Below, one piece after another: positions 28,735 to 36,467 of a DNA stretch of 53,076 nt. The notes below the pieces were generated by a model, which saw nothing but the letters and a program-made list of their open reading frames with translations, was not told where the DNA came from and ran no database searches. The DNA is from a virus (Duplodnaviria > Caudoviricetes), in IMG/VR virus record IMGVR_UViG_3300048065_000485, positions 1 to 53,076 of that record, one strand, 5' to 3'. Every line of letters begins with the position of its first letter. The stretch's first letter is position 1. The position numbers were made by a program, and so were the translations under genes.

Positions 28735-30903
28735 ATGGCAACAAATTTTAAAGATATTTCTGAAAAAGTATTTAACTTATTAAAAGGACATGGTTTTGAC
28801 CTTAAAACTTTTGATAAGGACGGTAAAATAGTTATTGACCCACAAGAAGGTACACGATTCGTATCAGATGAACCTAACATTTTAGTTAGAATAGATGACA
28901 TGGAAAAAGAGATATCATTGCAAACAAGTGAAGATTTTGCAGATCATAATTTAAGAAACCTATTAAAAGAATTAGCACAAGATAGTTTATTATCTTTTGA
29001 CTTTAGAGTATTTGACAAGCAGTTAAAACCTAAAGGAGAAGAAATAGACGTTGCTCGTAGACAAGAGATTGATATGAACGAAGAACTAAATTTATTAAGA
29101 CGCCTATCAGGCTTAGAAGAAAACACTAAAGACGACTGCACAGCATGTGATAAAGATATGTCAGATTGCAAATGTGAACTTTGCTCAGACTGTGATGCAA
29201 AAGGTTGTGAAAATTGTGATGATGGCAAAATTGTAACAGAAACAGAAGCACTTAAAGAAAATCCTTATCTAGTAGGTGCAAGATTGCTAGGAAAAGTTTT
29301 ACAACAAGGTGCAAAAAGGCCTATAACTACAACTATAGCAGTTGATGCCTTAGATGATGGCGAATTAGATACAACAGCCGGTGCAATTAAATGGTTAGGC
29401 AGTAAAGTTGGAAATGCTTTTACACCAGACTCCCTTAAACAAGCAGGTCCTATTATAGCAAAATATGGTATACCAGTGGCAGGTGTACTGGCCGCAATAT
29501 ACGGTGGTAAAAAATTAGCAGATTTTGTTGCAGGAAAAAGAGATCAAGGTTTGTCAGTATCACAAAATAATCAAACTGTAAATGCTAGTGTAGATCTAGA
29601 TGAAAAGAAAATAATTAATATTAAAACTAGTGTAGGTCAGATGCCTGGATATGATGATCATAAACCGTTATCTCTTGCAGATTATCATGATTGGACTATG
29701 CAAAACGATAAAAGTCAACCTAAGGCAAATATTGTTAGTCAGAGATATCCGGGATATTTACAAGACTTTGAAGATTATGCTCTGTCCGAAGCAGGTAATA
29801 AACCCACAGTACCTTATAGCAAGTCTACTCAAGCAGATTTAGATAAAAAAATGTCAGATGCAGAATTAGATAAAGAAGCAATGAGAGGAAGACCTTCACT
29901 TGATGATGAAGAAGCACCATTCGACAGATACATGAGACATATGGATCCTGTTAGAAAAGCACAAAAAGGAAATAAAATAAAAGGTGAGTCAGTTACAGAA
30001 GCAAGTTTAGGTAGAATGACAGGTAGTAGAAAGTCCAGTTATCAACCACTAGCAGATAATGTTAAAATTATTGTTAGGCACAACAAAGAAGTAAACGAAG
30101 AAGTTCGTGGTGCTAGAAGCAGAAACATTCACAGTATATTAATACAACGTGGAGAAGAGAAATTTAAAATGGCAGAAAATAATCTGTCAGCCGCAAGAGC
30201 AATGGCAAGACATTTGCACAATGGCGGAGAAACTTTTGACGAAATAGGTGAATCAATTACTGAAATGTCAAGAGAGTTTAAAAAATTAAAAGAATTTATA
30301 CAATATGTTAGAAAAGCAAAATTAGTAAATGAAGCAAACGAAGAGTTTGTTACTATGGCAATGGAAAACATAAACGATATTAAAACAAATCTAAAAAGAT
30401 TAAGTGGTGTCAAAACTTATGCTAATGCTGTTGAATCAGTATTAGGTTATAATAATGTTGAAATATTACAAGACAATTTAGATTTAGAAAGTAAATTTAC
30501 AGAAACACATTTTGATGATAAAGTTGCAAACGTTATGGATAGCCTAAAAGCAATGTCGAGTAGAAAGAAAAGTTTTGAAAATAAAATTGTTAAAGCAATA
30601 GAATCTGAAACTTTTGCAAACATTAAAGATTTATTAAGTGAAAATGATATTGTTGACTTTGAAACACCGCATGGTAAACTTGGTCATCAAGTTAGCCAAT
30701 TAGGTTACTCAGCACAAGACAATACATTATCTAATTATTTACATAGCATTAGTAGTAAAATTAGTGCTGGTGGACAACTTAACCAATTTGAATATGGTAC
30801 TATAAAGAGTTGTTTACTAGGTGCAGGTCAGCACAATGTACAAAGTGCTCCTATGAACGTTGAAGAATCATATGAAGCATTTATGGACCGCTTTGACGTA
30901 TAA
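28735..30903 (+). CDS. Large hypothetical late protein with a Cys-rich insert
   Basis: 722-aa ORF; late box 5 nt upstream; 8-Cys segment at about 29137-29217. Confidence 0.7.
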   Translation: MATNFKDISEKVFNLLKGHGFDLKTFDKDGKIVIDPQEGTRFVSDEPNILVRIDDMEKEISLQTSEDFADHNLRNLLKELAQDSLLSFDFRVFDKQLKPKGEEIDVARRQEIDMNEELNLLRRLSGLEENTKDDCTACDKDMSDCKCELCSDCDAKGCENCDDGKIVTETEALKENPYLVGARLLGKVLQQGAKRPITTTIAVDALDDGELDTTAGAIKWLGSKVGNAFTPDSLKQAGPIIAKYGIPVAGVLAAIYGGKKLADFVAGKRDQGLSVSQNNQTVNASVDLDEKKIINIKTSVGQMPGYDDHKPLSLADYHDWTMQNDKSQPKANIVSQRYPGYLQDFEDYALSEAGNKPTVPYSKSTQADLDKKMSDAELDKEAMRGRPSLDDEEAPFDRYMRHMDPVRKAQKGNKIKGESVTEASLGRMTGSRKSSYQPLADNVKIIVRHNKEVNEEVRGARSRNIHSILIQRGEEKFKMAENNLSAARAMARHLHNGGETFDEIGESITEMSREFKKLKEFIQYVRKAKLVNEANEEFVTMAMENINDIKTNLKRLSGVKTYANAVESVLGYNNVEILQDNLDLESKFTETHFDDKVANVMDSLKAMSSRKKSFENKIVKAIESETFANIKDLLSENDIVDFETPHGKLGHQVSQLGYSAQDNTLSNYLHSISSKISAGGQLNQFEYGTIKSCLLGAGQHNVQSAPMNVEESYEAFMDRFDV

Positions 30904-30967
30904 AATACGTTTATAAAGATAAATAAATTTGTTGGTAAAATAATTTACCAATAGTTGTAAAAAGGTG

Positions 30968-30996
30968 TTGACTTTTTTACATCTTGGCATTATAAT
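30968..30996 (+). promoter_or_regulatory. Sigma70-type promoter of the ssb/uvsX operon (late box also at 30918-30925)
   Basis: TTGACT, 17-nt spacer, TATAAT. Confidence 0.8.
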
Positions 30997-31059
30997 AAAA
31001 AACAGTAATACCCTAAACACAGAAGGTATTACGAACATGGCAAATATAGGAGAAATATC

Positions 31060-32076
31060 ATGGCCTCATTAGCAGAAATAAGAGCAAAGTTACAATCAAT
31101 GGAAAACAATTCCAAAGGTAATTCCCAAGCTCAAAGCGATAACGCAATATACCCATTTTGGAACATAGACGAAGGAAGTAGTACAGTACTACGATTCCTA
31201 CCTGACAGTGATCCAAATAACACGTTCTTTTGGGTAGAACGACAAATGATCAGACTTACATTCCCAGGAATAGTAGGTGGAGATCAAAAGCCAACAACTG
31301 TACAAGTTCCTTGTATGGAAATGTTTGGTGAAACTTGTCCAGTATTAACTGAGGTACGCCCTTGGTTTAAAGATCCTAGTCTCGAAGACATGGGTAGAAA
31401 GTACTGGAAAAAAAGAAGTTACATCTTCCAAGGGTTTGTAAATGAAAATCCTTTAGATGAAACTGCACCAGAGAATCCAATTAGAAGATTTGTAATTGGT
31501 CCTCAAATATTTAACATAATCAAATCAGCACTTATGGACCCAGAGATGGAAAACCTTCCAACAGACTATGTTGCAGGTACTGACTTTAGATTATCTAAAA
31601 CAACCAAAGGTCAATACGCAGACTATTCTACAAGTAAATGGGCACGAAAAGAAAGTGGTCTTACTGAAGAGAATTTAGCGGCAATTGATACACATGGTTT
31701 GTATAACTTAAACGACTTCCTTCCTGCTAAACCAACAGCAGAAGGTGTACAAGCGATAGCAGAGATGTTCCAAGCATCAGTAGATGGAGAACTGTATGAC
31801 CCAGAAAAATGGGGCAACTTTTTCAAACCCTATGGACTTGATACTGGAACAAAAACACAGGCAACTGTGGCTCCAGCTCAAACTGTACAAACAACTACAA
31901 CAGAGAGTGTGGCACCTGTAAGTGCTCCAGAACCTGTAGTAGCGGAAACAACTGCACCAGCGGTAGAGACTGCACCAGCACCAGCGGCTGAAACAGTAGC
32001 AACTGCTCCTGCAGGAGATACTGGTAAGAAATCAGCAGATGATATTCTTAACATGATCAGAAACAGACAGTCGTAA
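31060..32076 (+). CDS. gp32: Single-stranded DNA-binding protein (T4 gp32-like)
   Basis: LRFLPD, CPV, YWKKRSY, G.DF.L.K, YADYS.S.W; A/P/T-rich linker; precedes uvsX. Confidence 0.88.
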   Translation: MASLAEIRAKLQSMENNSKGNSQAQSDNAIYPFWNIDEGSSTVLRFLPDSDPNNTFFWVERQMIRLTFPGIVGGDQKPTTVQVPCMEMFGETCPVLTEVRPWFKDPSLEDMGRKYWKKRSYIFQGFVNENPLDETAPENPIRRFVIGPQIFNIIKSALMDPEMENLPTDYVAGTDFRLSKTTKGQYADYSTSKWARKESGLTEENLAAIDTHGLYNLNDFLPAKPTAEGVQAIAEMFQASVDGELYDPEKWGNFFKPYGLDTGTKTQATVAPAQTVQTTTTESVAPVSAPEPVVAETTAPAVETAPAPAAETVATAPAGDTGKKSADDILNMIRNRQS

Positions 32077-32085
32077 GGAGAGATT

Positions 32086-33192
32086 ATGCAAAAGCCATTT
32101 GACTTAACAAAGTTCAGAACCGGTTTAACCAAAAGCATAACTGGTATTAGTGCTGGATTCCATGACCCAAAGGATTGGATTAGTACTGGTAACAAAACAT
32201 TAGACTACCTAATAAGTGGGGACTTCAATGGAGGTATCCCACTAGGTAAAGTTAGTGTATTTGCAGGTGAATCAGGTTCTGGTAAATCGTTTATATGTTC
32301 TGGAAACATTGTTAAAAATGCACAAGATCAAGGATGTCAAGTAGTATTATTTGACTCTGAGAATGCATTGGATGAACAATGGTTACAGGCATTGGATGTT
32401 GATACGTCACCAGAAAAACTATTAAAAATTAGTGTTTCAATGATTGACGATGTTGCTAAAGCAATAAGTGAATTTATGAAAGACTACAAAAACAATTATG
32501 GCGATATGGCATATGAAGATATGCCTAAATTACTATTTGTTATAGATAGTTTAGGAATGTTATTAACTCCTACTGACGTAACTCAATTTGAGAAAGGTGA
32601 TATGAAAGGTGATATGGGTAGAAAACCAAAGGCATTGGCGTCTTTAGTTAGAAACACAGTTAACCAAATAGCACCCTTCCCAATTGGAATTGTAGCAACT
32701 AATCATACTTATGCATCACAAGACATGTTTGATCCTGATGATAAAATATCAGGCGGACAAGGCTTTATATATGCATCAAGTATTGTTGTAGCAATAAAGA
32801 AACTAAAATTAAAAGAAGATGCGGATGGAAATAAAGTATCTACAGTACAAGGTATAAGAGCCGCCTGTAAAGTTATGAAGTCAAGATACAGTAAACCTTT
32901 TGAAGGTGTGCAGATCAAGATTCCATATGAAACAGGAATGGACCCTTATAGTGGTATGTTAGAAATGTTAGAAGCAAAAGGCATTGTGGTTAAAGTCGGC
33001 AACAAACTTTCTTATGTATCGCCAGTTACTGGTGAAGAAATCAAAGAGTTCAGAAAAGGCTGGACTGATGATAAACTTCAAGTAATTTTAGATGAATGGG
33101 GTCAAAATCCTATAGCACAGGATGATGTAATAGAAGATATTGATCCAGAAGAACTAGAACCTAATATGGAGGATTATACAGATGAATCCTGA
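32086..33192 (+). CDS. uvsX: RecA-like recombinase UvsX
   Basis: GESGSGKS, DSENA, VIDSLGML, TNHTY, SGGQG..YASS. Confidence 0.93.
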   Translation: MQKPFDLTKFRTGLTKSITGISAGFHDPKDWISTGNKTLDYLISGDFNGGIPLGKVSVFAGESGSGKSFICSGNIVKNAQDQGCQVVLFDSENALDEQWLQALDVDTSPEKLLKISVSMIDDVAKAISEFMKDYKNNYGDMAYEDMPKLLFVIDSLGMLLTPTDVTQFEKGDMKGDMGRKPKALASLVRNTVNQIAPFPIGIVATNHTYASQDMFDPDDKISGGQGFIYASSIVVAIKKLKLKEDADGNKVSTVQGIRAACKVMKSRYSKPFEGVQIKIPYETGMDPYSGMLEMLEAKGIVVKVGNKLSYVSPVTGEEIKEFRKGWTDDKLQVILDEWGQNPIAQDDVIEDIDPEELEPNMEDYTDES

Positions 33193-33415
33193 TATAGAGT
33201 TACTTTATAATATATGGGATAGTGTTAAACCATATGTAGCAGTAAAGGAACGACTTCATGTTGCTGAAGAGATTGTAAGAGTTTTTGATGATCAATTGGA
33301 TATATCAGAAGTAGAAGACAATCTTAATCAATTTGATTCAGTAATGAAGGCGGCACTAATTAGTCATTATGAATTCGGATTAGACGATGATGATGACGAA
33401 GAGGATTGGGAATAA
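33182..33415 (+). CDS. Hypothetical acidic protein
   Basis: 77-aa ORF coupled to uvsX; GGAGG SD. Confidence 0.7.
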   Translation: MNPDIELLYNIWDSVKPYVAVKERLHVAEEIVRVFDDQLDISEVEDNLNQFDSVMKAALISHYEFGLDDDDDEEDWE

Positions 33416-33418
33416 TAT

Positions 33419-33880
33419 ATGGCTACCCATTATAATAATATTGTTCAAGACTTAGGTAATATAGTTCCGGCAATCGAGTATTACGAAAAAGAATTGAACG
33501 AAGCAAGATGGGAAGTAAAGATCAAAGGGAGTTTGGAGAAAGCCTCCTCCTCCCTACCCGGTCTGACAGAGTTTCGCTTCAATCAACTACAAGAGATTGA
33601 AGCAATTCTCGAACATCTAAATATAGAACTTCGCAAAGAACGTTCTAAAACATTCAGAAAATATTTGGAAAATTATAATAGAACTTTGAGCAGTAGAGAT
33701 GCAGATAAGTTTGTAGATGGTGAACAATCAGTTATAGATCTAACTCACCTTGTGAACCAATTTAGCCTTTTGAGAAATAAATACTTAGGCATAATGAAAG
33801 GATTGGATACAAAGCAATGGCAGATAGGACACATAACGAGATTGAGAACGGCAGGAATGGAAGACATAGTGATAGAATAG
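33419..33880 (+). CDS. uvsY: Recombination mediator UvsY-like
   Basis: Helical 153-aa protein with K.LD.KQWQI C-terminal pattern; near uvsX. Confidence 0.65.
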   Translation: MATHYNNIVQDLGNIVPAIEYYEKELNEARWEVKIKGSLEKASSSLPGLTEFRFNQLQEIEAILEHLNIELRKERSKTFRKYLENYNRTLSSRDADKFVDGEQSVIDLTHLVNQFSLLRNKYLGIMKGLDTKQWQIGHITRLRTAGMEDIVIE

Positions 33881-34989
33881 TCCATCACTTTAATTTACAA
33901 GACTGCGAAGAAAGAGCAAGAACTAATTTTGAAGATTTTTCAGTAACACTTACAAAAGATCTTGTAAACAAATTAGAAGCAGACCCAAGTTATTCAAAAC
34001 AAATAGATATAATTTTTAGGTATACTAGTGAAGGTACCTTATGGTTAGTCAATGGTGAATGGTGGGCAGGCACAATACACAAATTTGCAAAAAAATATAA
34101 TATACCATTAGAAAATATTACATTTCTATCAGCAAGTGCTACAGTAGAAAGTTCATATAATAAATGGCATTCTTTACATGCTCCAAATGACGGTAAAATA
34201 AATTGTGATTATGAACACTTTGGTTTTGAACTATATGGTAAGAATAAAAGATATTACGATTATTTAAAATTTACTACAGAAGCACCCACAGATATTAGAA
34301 AACATAAATTTAATTGTTTTAATAGAAATATGTTAGCACACAGACAGAGATTTATGCTGTCTATGTGGGAAAAGGGATTAATAGAGACAGATAAATTAAC
34401 TAGTTTTCATTACTATAAAGATGTAGATTTTATGCCACAGTTTTCTGTGCCAGAAGAATTACAAAAACTTTTACCTATACAATGCGATATTAAAGGTGAT
34501 TGGCAGACAGCATTTGATACATTATTTGAAATTGTAGAATGGACAGGAGATGATGGTGGAGACTGGAATAAAGTAGGTGATTACAGATATGTATATGAAA
34601 ATTCTTATTTTACTGTAACTACTGAAAGTTCAGAATGTTATACACTTGCAGATCAATTTGATGATGAAGAATTAAATAATTATCTCAAACCTTTTCATAC
34701 AGAAATGTTTATTACTGAAAAAACAACACGACCTATGTTAAATTTACATCCACAGGTAATCTATTGTTGTACAGGTACTTTAGACCATTTAAGAAGTATG
34801 GGATATAAAACATTTAGTAATTATTGGAACGAAGATTATGATAATGAAATAGACCCCATAAAGAAAGTAAATATGGTGACTGATGTTGTTAAAGAACTTA
34901 ATGACAAACCCATAGAAGAACTACATGAAATGTATTGGGATATGATGCCAATACTAAAACATAACCAATCCCTCCTAATAAATCAATAA
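33817..34989 (+). CDS. Hypothetical protein, paralog of 9143..10528; start uncertain
   Basis: KFNCFNRN..AHR, FITEKT.RP, LRSMGYKTFS..W.EDYD, LKHNQ. Confidence 0.6.
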   Translation: MADRTHNEIENGRNGRHSDRIVHHFNLQDCEERARTNFEDFSVTLTKDLVNKLEADPSYSKQIDIIFRYTSEGTLWLVNGEWWAGTIHKFAKKYNIPLENITFLSASATVESSYNKWHSLHAPNDGKINCDYEHFGFELYGKNKRYYDYLKFTTEAPTDIRKHKFNCFNRNMLAHRQRFMLSMWEKGLIETDKLTSFHYYKDVDFMPQFSVPEELQKLLPIQCDIKGDWQTAFDTLFEIVEWTGDDGGDWNKVGDYRYVYENSYFTVTTESSECYTLADQFDDEELNNYLKPFHTEMFITEKTTRPMLNLHPQVIYCCTGTLDHLRSMGYKTFSNYWNEDYDNEIDPIKKVNMVTDVVKELNDKPIEELHEMYWDMMPILKHNQSLLINQ

Positions 34990-34996
34990 AAAAAGG

Positions 34997-35024
34997 TTGA
35001 CAATACTCCAAAAAATGCTATACT
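34997..35024 (+). promoter_or_regulatory. Sigma70-type promoter
   Basis: TTGACA, 16-nt spacer, TGn-TATACT. Confidence 0.75.
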
Positions 35025-35056
35025 ATATATAGTTAGTTAGGAAATAGGAGTAATAT

Positions 35057-35212
35057 ATGTTATCATTTATAGGCGGATTAGGCATTATAGGTTCAATTAT
35101 TTGGACTATTAATATGTTGCTTGATAATGCATCTGGTGGCTTAGAAGAAGTCATTGGTACTATAATTGGTATTTGGATATTCTTTTCTGTTTTATCTAAC
35201 ATTATAGGTTGA
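35057..35212 (+). CDS. 51-aa two-TM membrane microprotein (absent from the ORF track)
   Basis: AGGAG SD, ATG 35057, MLSFIGGLGIIGSIIWTINMLLDNASGGLEEVIGTIIGIWIFFSVLSNIIG*, own promoter. Confidence 0.7.
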   Translation: MLSFIGGLGIIGSIIWTINMLLDNASGGLEEVIGTIIGIWIFFSVLSNIIG

Positions 35213-35236
35213 CAAATATAGAAAATTTGTTATACT
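35209..35236 (+). promoter_or_regulatory. Sigma70-type promoter
   Basis: TTGACA, 16-nt spacer, TGn-TATACT. Confidence 0.75.
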
Positions 35237-35271
35237 TATATAGTAAGTTTAATTAATCCGTGGGAGGAAAT

Positions 35272-36303
35272 ATGCAAAACTTTGTAAAAATTAAAAAAGG
35301 TACTTACCGTAATGCACCTATTAAAGATGCGGTATTCCCAGTAGTAAAACAATTAACCTTTGGAAAGAAAGGTGCTTTTGTTACTGTTGATGGTAGTTCT
35401 TTAATGGGACCAAATGCTAAAAGAGTTAGAATTTTAGTTGACTCACCACTTAGTGTTGAACCTGCTAGTAAAGAAGATTATCAATCTACAATGCCAGTCA
35501 AGAAGACTAAAAAGAAAAAAGAAACGCAACAACAGGCAATGGATAGAATTGCTGGAAGGTTTGCTGTTTTAGATCAAATGACTGATGCAGTTGCAAATGG
35601 TACAGTAAGAGGACTTATAGTAAGTGGCCCTCCAGGAGTTGGTAAAAGTTTTGGTGTAGAGACTATACTTGATGAATACGACTCAATGACAAAACTGTCA
35701 GGACAACCTCCAAGAACAGAAGTTGTAAAAGGTTCAATGACACCAATTGGACTCTACCAGACTCTATACAATAATTCAAACAAAGGTGACATACTTGTAT
35801 TTGATGACTGTGATAGCATTTTGTTTGATGAGGTATGTTTGAACATGTTGAAGGCTGTTTTGGACTCTGGTAAAAAGAGAACAATTAGTTGGAAAGCAGA
35901 ATCACAGGCTTTAAGAAGAGAAGGCATTCCTGATAGGTTTGAATTCTCAGGTGGTGTAATTTTTATTACTAATGTAAACTTTGAAAATGTTAGAAGTAAG
36001 AAAATACAAGATCACTTAGAAGCATTAATGAGTAGATGTCATTACATTGATCTTGGAATGGATACTACTAGTGATAAGTTTATTAGAATTAATCAAATTA
36101 TTAGAGACGGTATGTTGAAATCATATGGCTTTAGTAAAGAGTTTGAAAAGGAAATAGTAGACTTTATGGTTTTGAAAAGTGCTAGACTTAGGGAACTTAG
36201 TTTAAGAATGGTACTTAAAATTGCTGACTTGGCCAAGATGGATTTCGATAATTGGAAACAATTGGCAGAGTCAACTTGCATGAGGAGACTGATCGATAAG
36301 TAG
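35272..36303 (+). CDS. AAA+ ATPase
   Basis: GPPGVGKS Walker A, LVFDDCD Walker B, IFITN sensor, SRC Arg finger; GGGAGG SD before ATG 35272. Confidence 0.85.
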   Translation: MQNFVKIKKGTYRNAPIKDAVFPVVKQLTFGKKGAFVTVDGSSLMGPNAKRVRILVDSPLSVEPASKEDYQSTMPVKKTKKKKETQQQAMDRIAGRFAVLDQMTDAVANGTVRGLIVSGPPGVGKSFGVETILDEYDSMTKLSGQPPRTEVVKGSMTPIGLYQTLYNNSNKGDILVFDDCDSILFDEVCLNMLKAVLDSGKKRTISWKAESQALRREGIPDRFEFSGGVIFITNVNFENVRSKKIQDHLEALMSRCHYIDLGMDTTSDKFIRINQIIRDGMLKSYGFSKEFEKEIVDFMVLKSARLRELSLRMVLKIADLAKMDFDNWKQLAESTCMRRLIDK

Positions 36304-36354
36304 GTCTCCCATGTTCCCCCTAGTGTTCAAAACCCTCCCACTTTGAACACTTTT

Positions 36355-36390
36355 AGAAACCCTCAATTAGTTGGGGGTTTCTTCTTTTTT
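36355..36390 (+). terminator. Rho-independent terminator
   Basis: AGAAACCCTCAA-TTAG-TTGGGGGTTTCT stem followed by a U-rich tract. Confidence 0.8.
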
Positions 36391-36394
36391 ATGC

Positions 36395-36422
36395 TTGACA
36401 AAACATATTGTTCGTGTATAAT
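36395..36422 (+). promoter_or_regulatory. Sigma70-type promoter of the TonB-dependent receptor gene
   Basis: TTGACA, 16-nt spacer, TATAAT. Confidence 0.7.
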
Positions 36423-36467
36423 TAATACTAAAACTATTATGACTAAATGGTCACGGAGAATTTAAAA

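Noticed and set aside
31860-32010. Repetitive GCACCAG-type sequence in gp32
   Set aside because: Low-complexity Ala/Pro/Thr linker coding, not a DNA repeat element
33541-33560. C-rich anti-SD-like run GCCTCCTCCTCCCTACCC inside uvsY
   Set aside because: Explained by Ala-Ser-Ser-Ser-Leu-Pro codons; at most a local hairpin with the upstream GGGAG/GGAG, with no independent support
35272-36303. Calling the AAA ATPase the gp44 clamp loader
   Set aside because: Walker and SRC motifs fit AAA+, but the N-terminus and Walker B (DDCD) do not let me assign gp44 confidently
36300-36467. Cobalamin riboswitch upstream of the TonB-dependent receptor
   Set aside because: The hairpins lie upstream of the receptor's promoter, leaving only about 40 nt of leader, and no B12-box was recognised
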